From Desulfocapsa sulfexigens DSM 10523 (GTDB lineage: Bacteria > Desulfobacterota > Desulfobulbia > Desulfobulbales > Desulfocapsaceae), in NCBI RefSeq assembly GCF_000341395.1, contig NC_020304.1, positions 3,750,001 to 3,782,000 of the forward strand: a stretch of 32,000 nt of DNA, read 5' to 3'. Each line of letters begins with the position of its first letter. The stretch's first letter is position 1. The translations under genes and the position numbers were made by a program. The notes beneath the pieces are model-generated. The model worked only from the letters and a program-made list of their open reading frames with translations, did not search any database and was not told the DNA's origin. Of this stretch, positions 1 to 8,139 are shown piece by piece.

Positions 1-821
1 CAAGACGATCGCCTCAGGAACTGCTGCAGGTACAGAATCTACAAAGAAAACTGCAGGAAAAAGAAACAGAACTGACAACTCTGATTAAAGAAAAGTTAAG
101 CAGCCTGCAAGTCGAAAAGGAAAAGCATCTCTGCCGGGAAACTGCCGCAGAAATAGAACCACTGCTTATGGAGAGTGAAAAACAGCTGGAAACGCTTCAG
201 GAGGAATCAGTAACTGCAAAAGAACAGCTCAAGAGAAACAGCCTGGATAAGGGAAAATCCGCTACACAGCTGATAGCTATCGCGACACAGAAGAAAAAGG
301 TGAGCAGTTGGAACACTCTTCATATGCTTATCGGATCTGCCGATGGAAAAAAATTCAGAAATTTTGCACAGGGCCTCACCTTTGAGCTGATGGTTCATCA
401 TGCAAATAATCATCTTCGGAAAATGAGTGACAGATACATTCTGACCAGAGACAGCATCCATCCGCTTGACCTCAATGTCATCGATACTTATCAGGCAGAT
501 GAGGTTCGTTCGACCAAAAATCTATCTGGCGGTGAATCCTTTCTAGTCAGCCTGGCCCTTTCACTGGGACTATCCAAAATGGCATCCCATAATGTCAGGG
601 TTGATTCTCTGTTTCTTGACGAAGGATTTGGAACACTGGATGAAGATGCACTGGAATCGGCCCTTGAAACACTGGCTCAGTTGCGTGACGAGAACAAGCT
701 TATTGGAATTATCTCCCATGTGGGCGCATTAAAAGAACGTATTCCCCTGCAGATAGAAATCATTCCGGGAAGCAGGGGAAAGAGCACCATTAGTGGGCCG
801 GGTGTCTCACGGGGGGTCTAA
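1..821 (+). CDS. sbcC: SbcC-type SMC-like nuclease ATPase subunit, C-terminal part (5' end lies outside the window)
   Basis: The frame of the listed ORF (168..821) stays open back to base 3. The upstream part is an E/K/L/Q-rich coiled coil. The C-terminal head carries the ABC signature LSGGESFLVSLALSLGLS, Walker B/D-loop DSLFLDEGFGTLD and H-loop IGIISHV, as in SbcC/Rad50. Confidence 0.85.
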   Translation, partial: RRSPQELLQVQNLQRKLQEKETELTTLIKEKLSSLQVEKEKHLCRETAAEIEPLLMESEKQLETLQEESVTAKEQLKRNSLDKGKSATQLIAIATQKKKVSSWNTLHMLIGSADGKKFRNFAQGLTFELMVHHANNHLRKMSDRYILTRDSIHPLDLNVIDTYQADEVRSTKNLSGGESFLVSLALSLGLSKMASHNVRVDSLFLDEGFGTLDEDALESALETLAQLRDENKLIGIISHVGALKERIPLQIEIIPGSRGKSTISGPGVSRGV

Positions 822-1102
822 TGGGCTGCTGCAGAAAACTTATAAACCACTATTCCTCATCCAGGCGTGGCGTCTTCTGCCTTCGATGGGTTTTGCCATT
901 ACAGATTTTAGCCGTTGGCAGCCTTGTGACACATCTTCTCTATAAGATTTTTTTCAAGCCTCCAGCCTATTCATCTATCATCACTGTTGCTCACATCTTT
1001 TTCGCTTTTATGATTCTTGCCGAATGCCGCAGAAGCATTCGGTATCACAGTGCTCTCAAGGAACTGGAAGCGCTCGAGGAGAGAAGAAGAGCATTACGAT
1101 AA
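821..1102 (+). CDS. Hypothetical small membrane protein (about two hydrophobic helices)
   Basis: 93 aa ORF whose ATG overlaps the sbcC stop (TAATG). It has two hydrophobic stretches (WVLPLQILAVGSLVTHLL, IITVAHIFFAFMIL). No recognisable family, and it could be non-coding. Confidence 0.3.
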   Translation: MGCCRKLINHYSSSRRGVFCLRWVLPLQILAVGSLVTHLLYKIFFKPPAYSSIITVAHIFFAFMILAECRRSIRYHSALKELEALEERRRALR

Positions 1103-1160
1103 AATCAATCGTTTGCATAATGTAGAGATTGAACGAAAGGGCAATTTTTCAAGCAAGCCT

Positions 1161-1517
1161 TTAGATATCAGCCGGCTTCTCATCCAACTCCTTTCCGATT
1201 CGCCAGGCATCAATAACCGATGCCAGCCAGCAGCAGAACATAATAAAAAACGATATTTTCAAAAATACTGAAGAGGCAGTTGTTGAAGCTTCTGCGACAA
1301 TACCCATCACCCTTGGTATGGTAGCCACCTCTCCCGCAGCAACAATATCCTGCAACATAACAACAGCTTGACGAACAACAGCGGTAACACAGAGAATCCC
1401 ACTGATGAAAGCAAGGACGAAAAAGACGGCTCCGCGACGGTACCTTGAGAGAATAATCTGTCCTGCTCCGGGAAAAATAAGAGCAGAAAAGAGTACTCCT
1501 TTAATTACATTACTCAT
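1161..1517 (-). CDS. Hypothetical integral membrane protein (PGAGQ motif, 3 predicted TM segments)
   Basis: I place the start at the internal ATG at 1517 (MSNVIKGVLFSALIFPGAGQIILSRYRRG...), not at 1577. Hydrophobic segments alternate with short loops. No family recognised beyond the N-terminal PGxGQ-type motif. Confidence 0.5.
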   Translation of the reverse strand: MSNVIKGVLFSALIFPGAGQIILSRYRRGAVFFVLAFISGILCVTAVVRQAVVMLQDIVAAGEVATIPRVMGIVAEASTTASSVFLKISFFIMFCCWLASVIDAWRIGKELDEKPADI

Positions 1518-1709
1518 GAATTTAGTCCTTCTAAAATATTGGCTTCCAGGAACTTCTGAAAGAGTCTCGGCACACACAGCAACAGGAAAAACCCTTGTAT
1601 TTCCAACTTGCTATTTCATATTTTGTATTATACCCTTAACCATAAATGTTTTGTTCACTTTTTATTGAGAACATAGCCAATCAAAACAGATGCCACCAAG
1701 TAATACCAT

Positions 1710-2540
1710 ATGACACACCAAGATCCACCTATATTTATTACCTTTGGAAACCGCAAAGGAGGAGTCGGCAAGACAACCTCTGTTATCAATCTTGCAAGTT
1801 ACCTGGCAATCCTTGGAAAAAAAATTCTGATCGTCGATACAGATCCTCAGTCTAACTGTTCCTCTGTTCTACTCAAAAATCTGGACGACAGAAACAAACA
1901 CTCTCTTATTAAGGCACTTGAAGCTCCAGAAGGAGAAGGGTTGCTCTCTCGATTTGCCTGCGAAACACATCATCCCAATTTACAAATCATTCCGAATACA
2001 ACACAATGCATGCTCTGGGAAAGGAAAAATGCAGGACACTCCGACGCAGTTTTAGGAATCAGGCGCCTCATTAACCAGGATCCCACATTAAACGAATACG
2101 ATTTTGTTTTTTTTGATACCCCGCCAACCCTTGGGGTGATGATGAATAATGCTCTTATGGCATCTGATTATGTTATCATTCCAATTCCTCCATCCGACCA
2201 ATTTGCACTCGATGGACTGGCGGCGTATCTTGAGCTTATCGGGGGAATCCGGAAGCATAACAGTAGACTGAAACTTCTGGCTGTACTTATAACTAAATAC
2301 GATCCCAATTGGGGAAGTTCTGCTTACAAACTCAATCAGATAATAAAATATTTCACTCAGAGACGAATAAGTATTTTTCGCACCCATATCCACAATTGCC
2401 CAGAAATCGATATGGCTCACGTAAAAAGAAAGCCGGTAATTATATCTGCACCCAACAGCAGTGGTGCCAATGAATACGCCACATTGGGGCGGGAATTACT
2501 GGAGATTTTTAATGTAATTCATGGAAAAAGATTCATTTAA
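1710..2540 (+). CDS. ParA/MinD-family P-loop ATPase (orphan, no parB seen)
   Basis: Deviant Walker A KGGVGKTT in FGNRKGGVGKTTSVINLA, Walker A' ILIVDTDPQSN and Walker B FVFFDTPPTLG. Length 276 aa is typical of Soj/ParA. Confidence 0.85.
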   Translation: MTHQDPPIFITFGNRKGGVGKTTSVINLASYLAILGKKILIVDTDPQSNCSSVLLKNLDDRNKHSLIKALEAPEGEGLLSRFACETHHPNLQIIPNTTQCMLWERKNAGHSDAVLGIRRLINQDPTLNEYDFVFFDTPPTLGVMMNNALMASDYVIIPIPPSDQFALDGLAAYLELIGGIRKHNSRLKLLAVLITKYDPNWGSSAYKLNQIIKYFTQRRISIFRTHIHNCPEIDMAHVKRKPVIISAPNSSGANEYATLGRELLEIFNVIHGKRFI

Positions 2541-2715
2541 AACCATAGCGATGGAAATATTGATTCAACACAAAACAAAGAGCGTCGTATTCCAGGTTCC
2601 TTACCCGAACCATTACCCGAGGTGCAAATAACATTATTTTTGGTTATATTCATTAGACAGAGAACGCTTCTTCCGTATAAACTTTTTCCCAGGCAACAAT
2701 CTGCTATCAGCTGAC

Positions 2716-3768
2716 ATGTCAAAAAAGAACACAAACGCAACTGACCATTGCAGCACTACTTATTCAGCAGATACAATCGACCCCTTTGAAGGGCTCAATC
2801 TCGAAGATATCTGTGTTTCTCCCCATGACATAGAAAAAGCATCACCTGAAAAAGACCTTGGCAATGAACTGTTTGGCCTTAATCCCCTGGATGGTATTGA
2901 CCTGGAAGATTTGTCTGTAAATCCTGACACTATTGCTTCAGCTCATTCGAGCACTAACGGACCTCCCCAAGGATCAGACAACATCAATTTTGTCATCACC
3001 CCCGACAACAAACCAACCAAGGAAGACAAGCAGCAACAAGCAATAAAAAGACCAGTACGCTCTCTATCAAAAGACACTTCTCATCTCCCGGTAAAACAAA
3101 AAAAAGCAATTATTGACCCGATTATCGAAAGAGCATATCACTATGCAGAACTCACTCAGATAAGAGAAAAAGTGTTCTCCAGTCTCGAGAAATCAGGTGG
3201 CAATACTCTTCTTATTGCCAGTCCTCACGACAATACAGGAAGCAGTCTTCTTGCTGCAGCGCTTGGATATAATGCTGCCTGTTCCTGTCAGAAGAGCGTC
3301 CTTTTGATAGACTGCAACATGCGTCGTGCAGGCTTACACAACCTTTTCAACATTCCGCAACTCTATGGGTTTACCGAACTTATCAAGAACAATCTTCCCT
3401 GGCAGGCAGTGGTGAAAAAGACAGGCGTGGAAAATTTAAGTGTCATTACCGCTGGTGAGCACTGTGATAATTTTTCTGAGTATATTCGATATTCACACAT
3501 TCCTGAACTTCTCAACGACATCAGAAACCATTATGATCTGATTATCATTGATACCTCTCCCGTCCTTGCTCCGAACCGCAACAATGTTAATATCGTCTCC
3601 CTCACTTCCGAGGCGGATTATTTCCTTCTCATCACCAAACAATCCGGGACCACAAAAGACGATTTGATAGAAGCAAAGAACGTCATTGAAGCGGGAAATG
3701 GTACAATTGACGGAATAGTCATCAATGAACACACCCCGGACAAAAAAATTGCTCCGTACCCAAATTAA
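2716..3768 (+). CDS. BY-kinase (CpsD/Wzc/EpsG)-like P-loop protein with degenerate catalytic motifs and an acidic repeat N-terminus
   Basis: The C-terminal ~200 aa follow the BY-kinase layout: ...TLLIASPHDNTGSSLLAAALG...SVLLIDCNMRRAGLHNLFNIP...GFTELI...VITAGE...LIIIDTSPVL. The Walker A Lys is Ser, the second Walker A' Asp is Asn, and there is no C-terminal Tyr cluster. Confidence 0.7.
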   Translation: MSKKNTNATDHCSTTYSADTIDPFEGLNLEDICVSPHDIEKASPEKDLGNELFGLNPLDGIDLEDLSVNPDTIASAHSSTNGPPQGSDNINFVITPDNKPTKEDKQQQAIKRPVRSLSKDTSHLPVKQKKAIIDPIIERAYHYAELTQIREKVFSSLEKSGGNTLLIASPHDNTGSSLLAAALGYNAACSCQKSVLLIDCNMRRAGLHNLFNIPQLYGFTELIKNNLPWQAVVKKTGVENLSVITAGEHCDNFSEYIRYSHIPELLNDIRNHYDLIIIDTSPVLAPNRNNVNIVSLTSEADYFLLITKQSGTTKDDLIEAKNVIEAGNGTIDGIVINEHTPDKKIAPYPN

Positions 3769-3791
3769 CATTACGGCATATAACTCAGACA

Positions 3792-4871
3792 ATGAACCCA
3801 CCAACTCAACCCGGACCAATAGACCCGCAATTCTTCATTGCCAAATATCTTACCCCTGTTCTCGAGCATAAATGGCTTGTTTTGCTCACCACATTTATTG
3901 GCCTGCTGGTTTCCCTACCTGTAAGCTTCGTGGTCCAACCGGAATATAGCAGTAAAGCCACAACGCAACTGGAAACCCCCCGAGCCCAGATGATCTCAGA
4001 AGTTACAGAGGAAATCACCTCACGGACGGGGGACCAGAACTACATAACCGCAGCTGTTGAGCGAATGCATAGCACCGCCTTCCAGACAGAGGTCTTTAAA
4101 ATCCTCCCCAAACAGCTGCAAAAAGATCTGGAAACACCACTGGGAGTCAAGGGACAGTTAATGAAAAAGGCTGCCCCATATTTAGACAGACTCCTCAAGG
4201 GGGACGCTGTTGATCCCACCACCCTGGCAACAATCACTCCTGAACGTCTCAACAAACTCAGCAATCGGGTTGTAATAGAAGGAATTCCAAGACAGGGGAT
4301 CATTCAGATAACAGGAACAACCTATGCCCAGGAAATGGCCACTGTCTTAGTTCAAAGTTATATTGACATATGGGTTGCCCTGAACATGGAAACCAATAAA
4401 AGCCTGATCCGCCATGAACTTGGGTTCACCGAAAACCAGAAGGATGAGTACTTCAAACAGTTAAAAGATTCAGAAAAAGAACTTCGCCTCTTCAAACAGA
4501 AATTTGAAATTCCCCCTGCGCTCTCATCGATAACCGATATGGAACTTCAAGCGCAACTGGACGTACTGCAAAATAAGGTGGAGAATGCAAAAGAACGCTA
4601 TAAACGAATAGACGATATTTATCTGGATCTGGTTCGAAAGGAAAAATCCGTAGTAAATAACATCAAGGTTATAAACCCACCGCAAACACCACTGGAACCA
4701 TCTAAAAATATCCGTCTGCTTATTATCCTTATCGGGTTGCTTGCAGGTGCTGCCACTGCAATTGTCCCCATCCTGATATGGGACTATTATCGAGGAAACA
4801 TTCGTCACAAAAAAGATATTTTAAGTGCAGTCAACATACCCATTATAGGAAAACTGCCGACCATAAAATAA
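3792..4871 (+). CDS. Polysaccharide co-polymerase / chain-length determinant (Wzz domain, PCP-2b-like, no fused kinase)
   Basis: N-terminal TM (WLVLLTTFIGLLVSLPVSFVV) is followed by the Wzz-like QPEYSSKATTQLE, then a long coiled-coil periplasmic region and a C-terminal TM (IRLLIILIGLLAGAATAIVPILIW). The tail ILSAVNIPIIGKLP resembles the kinase-activating tail of split PCPs. Confidence 0.75.
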   Translation: MNPPTQPGPIDPQFFIAKYLTPVLEHKWLVLLTTFIGLLVSLPVSFVVQPEYSSKATTQLETPRAQMISEVTEEITSRTGDQNYITAAVERMHSTAFQTEVFKILPKQLQKDLETPLGVKGQLMKKAAPYLDRLLKGDAVDPTTLATITPERLNKLSNRVVIEGIPRQGIIQITGTTYAQEMATVLVQSYIDIWVALNMETNKSLIRHELGFTENQKDEYFKQLKDSEKELRLFKQKFEIPPALSSITDMELQAQLDVLQNKVENAKERYKRIDDIYLDLVRKEKSVVNNIKVINPPQTPLEPSKNIRLLIILIGLLAGAATAIVPILIWDYYRGNIRHKKDILSAVNIPIIGKLPTIK

Positions 4872-4912
4872 AAACGGCCTATCCTCTGACAGGTTCATCA
4901 GATTATTCAGTC

Positions 4913-6391
4913 ATGAGCAAACTATTATTCCCCCCAACTCTGCTTCTTTTTGTAACGTGCTGCTGGAGTAATCATGCATTTGCTCGCCTCAATACGCTCA
5001 CCAGTGGAGTATCAATCAACTATGATTATGATGAAACTGCGTATAAGAAAGACGAATCGTCAGAACTTTCCACGGCTGGGCAAGACAGTTCTCTTAACCA
5101 GATCAGCCTTTCCCCTCTTCTCATTGTGACAAGTGAAAGTAGCATTGATAGCCTCACCATTCGATTAAATCCAAGTTTTGCCTACGATCAGGAGGCAAGC
5201 CAGAGCGACATCGATCATAACTTTCTTATTTCCGCACATCGGGATCTCAACAACCGCCTTCGGTTAACCTTCAATAATCATTTCATTTATTCGGATGATC
5301 CGGAACTCATTAAAGATGAAGACTCTTCTGACTACAATAAGGGCCGTAAACGATACTGGAGGAACGATCTCACCCTGGGGACAACATACACCTACGCGAC
5401 CAACAGTTCAGTTGGTGGTGGCTACGCTTACCGCATGTTACGAAACGATGACACGGGTATTGGTGGCTATGAAGATTACGATAAACACACTGCAAATATT
5501 TCCTTACGACACCACTTTGATCGATCTTGGAATATCGATTTTTATTCCAGTTATACTCGAGGATTATTTGACCCACCCGATCAGGAGTCAGTTGAAACCA
5601 TCGGAAATGAGTTGGAAAAAACGGACCCGGGTATTACTGAGGGCATAAATACCGACTCTCTTTCAAATGACCTGTCGGAATATCGAACCGCGACCACAGT
5701 TAACTGGGTGTTCTCTTCTCATAAAACATTTTTAATCACCCATAGCTTTGTCGGCAGTAACTACGATGCCATCCTTCGAAACGACAGTAACCTCCACGAT
5801 CTCACATTTGGCGCCCAATACAAACACAGCAAACAACTTTCTTTTGAACTCGGTGGTGGGCCATCCTATGAAAAGAAAGAGTCTTTTGATGCAAACTGGG
5901 GCTATAATGCTCACCTGAATAGTAACTACAACATTTCCAAACATTCAAGCATCTCTGCAGGGGTAGAAAAAGGCTACGATATCCAGAATTTTTCACAAAA
6001 CAATAACGCCCTTGGCAAGGATCAGGGACTTACTGATTTCTGGAAATGGAACATCAATTTTACCCACAAACTGACAAAAAACATCGACACCTCATTGTGG
6101 ATTAATTACCGGGATGAGAAACAGGAAAGCATTCTGTATGCCCTGGCTAACAATCCAGAAACTGAAGTAAGTAGTGGAGGGATAAACAATGAAACGACCA
6201 GGGAAGAATCTGTGTTCTCTCGAAAAATATATGAAGCTGGCACTTCACTTAAATACTCTTTTCTTCAGTGGTATACAGCATCCTTGAGATATACATTCAG
6301 GCAGCAGGACTCAGAGGAAATTAACGATAGTTATGATGAACATCGTGTATTTTTGAGTCTTTCGGCTCAAAAAGAATTACTTCGGTGGTGA
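4913..6391 (+). CDS. Secreted outer-membrane beta-barrel protein, EPS/PEP-CTERM locus associated
   Basis: Start moved to the ATG at 4913, giving the signal peptide MSKLLFPPTLLLFVTCCWSNHAFA|RL. The protein is rich in alternating aromatic/polar beta-strand patterns (TYTYATNSSVGGGYAYR, SLRYTFRQ) and ends in an aromatic residue (...ELLRW). Confidence 0.65.
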   Translation: MSKLLFPPTLLLFVTCCWSNHAFARLNTLTSGVSINYDYDETAYKKDESSELSTAGQDSSLNQISLSPLLIVTSESSIDSLTIRLNPSFAYDQEASQSDIDHNFLISAHRDLNNRLRLTFNNHFIYSDDPELIKDEDSSDYNKGRKRYWRNDLTLGTTYTYATNSSVGGGYAYRMLRNDDTGIGGYEDYDKHTANISLRHHFDRSWNIDFYSSYTRGLFDPPDQESVETIGNELEKTDPGITEGINTDSLSNDLSEYRTATTVNWVFSSHKTFLITHSFVGSNYDAILRNDSNLHDLTFGAQYKHSKQLSFELGGGPSYEKKESFDANWGYNAHLNSNYNISKHSSISAGVEKGYDIQNFSQNNNALGKDQGLTDFWKWNINFTHKLTKNIDTSLWINYRDEKQESILYALANNPETEVSSGGINNETTREESVFSRKIYEAGTSLKYSFLQWYTASLRYTFRQQDSEEINDSYDEHRVFLSLSAQKELLRW

Positions 6392-6539
6392 ATAGAGAAA
6401 TTCAGCTTCAATATCTGGTATACACCGAAGTCACACAACAACAAACATCATTCCAAATACTTTCTGGAGCATTAGCTCTTTAGACAATGGACCATATTTT
6501 AGCCATAACAGAGCAAAAATCCAGATTAAAGATAACATA

Positions 6540-6567
6540 TTGACCATATAGACAAAGATGTTATAAT
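6540..6567 (+). promoter_or_regulatory. Sigma70-like promoter of hipBA with a flanking inverted repeat (candidate operator)
   Basis: TTGACC (6540-6545), 16 nt spacer, TATAAT (6562-6567). The inverted repeat ATAACAT (6532-6538) / ATGTTAT (6558-6564) brackets the -35 and overlaps the -10. The hipB-like ATG is at 6574, 7 nt after the -10. Confidence 0.45.
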
Positions 6568-6573
6568 GGCGAG

Positions 6574-6876
6574 ATGATACCATCCCTTATCACCCCCATT
6601 GAAGTTCAATCCCAGTTAGCGCAGCGCTTTAAGATGCTGCGACTGAGTGCCGGCTACAAACGCTCAACACTGAGTAAACGTGCTGGTGTTAGCGAATCAT
6701 CACTGAAGCGCTTTGAAAACAGTGGAGAAATATCCTTAAGAAATCTTCTGCGCCTTACCCATTCAATCGGCCACCTCCAAGACTTCAATTCTCTTTTTCA
6801 ACTGCCTGATGCAACAAGCCTGGCTGAATTAAAAGAAAATATAGAAAAAAAGACACCAAAACGCGGCAGGTTTTAA
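6574..6876 (+). CDS. hipB: HTH (Xre/HipB-like) antitoxin
   Basis: 100 aa with an Xre-type HTH pattern (LRLSAGYKRSTLSKRAGVSESSLKRFENSGEISLRNLLRL). Its stop lies 1 nt before the hipA ATG. Confidence 0.7.
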   Translation: MIPSLITPIEVQSQLAQRFKMLRLSAGYKRSTLSKRAGVSESSLKRFENSGEISLRNLLRLTHSIGHLQDFNSLFQLPDATSLAELKENIEKKTPKRGRF

Positions 6877-6877
6877 G

Positions 6878-8116
6878 ATGGCACCAGGATACAGGGAAAT
6901 AGAAGTTCGGTTTCACAAAGATCCAGATACTGAATTTGCAGTAGGTACATTGGCAGAAAAAAATAATACGTTATTTTTTGAATACAATTCCGAATGGATC
7001 TCTAAAAAGTTAGAGTTATCTCCCTTTACTCTCCCTCTTCAATCTCCTCTTTTTACTCACCAAGATCACCGCTTTGGGCCGATCTTTGGTTTGTTTGACG
7101 ATTCACTCCCTGATGGTTGGGGGTTATTACTGATGGATCGTTTTTTCCGTAGCCAAAACATTAATCCCGCTGCTATCTCAATACTCGACAGACTACTCTA
7201 CCTCGGCAACAACACCATGGGTGCTCTAACCTATCACCCGTCAACCGAAAGAACAGATGGATCCGACCTGCTTGATCTTCACAAACTTGCAACAGAAGCC
7301 ATAAACGTTTTCGGTGGTAAGTCCAATGATATCCTTCCTCAACTCATGAGAGCAGGAGGTAGCCCCGGTGGCGCACGACCTAAAGTTCTCATCGGTTTTA
7401 ATCCAACCACTCTCGATATGGTTTCTGGAGAAAGTGACATTCCACCAGGTTTTGAGCACTGGATAGTCAAATTTTCCGCCAGAGAAGATTTGGCAGATGC
7501 AGGCCCGGTTGAATATGCCTATTCTAAAATGGCTGTTGCAGCCGGTATCATGATGGAAGAAACAAAACTTTTCAGTACCAGTAATGATGAACTTTTTTTT
7601 GGGGTAAAACGTTTTGATAGACGCCCTGACAACAGACGTCTCCACATCCATACTTTTGGAAACCTTATCCATGCAAACTTCAGAATACCAAGTTGCGATT
7701 ACGGTGACCTTTTTAAAGCTACCAGCATTTTGACCAGGAACTACCAGGATATTGAGAGCGTCTATCGGTTAATGGTTTTCAATGTTTTGGCTCACAATCG
7801 TGACGATCACGTGAAAAATTTTTCTTTTATATTAGATGATCAAACAGGACAATGGTCACTGGCACCAGCCTATGATTTAACGTTTTCCCGAGGCCCTGGT
7901 GGTGAGCACACGACTACAGTACTTGGTGAAGGGATGAAACCGACTAAACAATTACTCCTGCAACTTGCTGAACAGGCAGGTATTACCAAACCTCGTGCTG
8001 AAGAACTTTTCAAAGAAACAAAAGAAGCAGTATCTCGATGGCCTGAGTTTGCTGCTCTTGCTGGAGTCAGGAAAAACGTAATTGATGAGGTGTCCTCTTT
8101 TCTTTTGGATATCTGA
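6878..8116 (+). CDS. hipA: HipA-family serine/threonine kinase toxin
   Basis: Gly-rich loop GGSPGGARPKVLIGF, catalytic loop NRDDHVKNFSFIL (DxHxKNFS as in E. coli HipA) and APAYDL. Length 412 aa includes an N-terminal HipA domain, so this is the two-component type. Confidence 0.85.
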   Translation: MAPGYREIEVRFHKDPDTEFAVGTLAEKNNTLFFEYNSEWISKKLELSPFTLPLQSPLFTHQDHRFGPIFGLFDDSLPDGWGLLLMDRFFRSQNINPAAISILDRLLYLGNNTMGALTYHPSTERTDGSDLLDLHKLATEAINVFGGKSNDILPQLMRAGGSPGGARPKVLIGFNPTTLDMVSGESDIPPGFEHWIVKFSAREDLADAGPVEYAYSKMAVAAGIMMEETKLFSTSNDELFFGVKRFDRRPDNRRLHIHTFGNLIHANFRIPSCDYGDLFKATSILTRNYQDIESVYRLMVFNVLAHNRDDHVKNFSFILDDQTGQWSLAPAYDLTFSRGPGGEHTTTVLGEGMKPTKQLLLQLAEQAGITKPRAEELFKETKEAVSRWPEFAALAGVRKNVIDEVSSFLLDI

Positions 8117-8139
8117 CATCATTCTCCTAAGTTAGAAGA

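Noticed and set aside
1017-1271. 84 aa + strand ORF
   Set aside because: It overlaps both the 821-1102 ORF and the - strand membrane protein gene, and has no motifs.
4778-4912. N-terminal extension of the beta-barrel ORF (listed start 4778)
   Set aside because: It overlaps the end of the PCP gene and encodes a basic, non-signal sequence. The ATG at 4913 gives a proper signal peptide.
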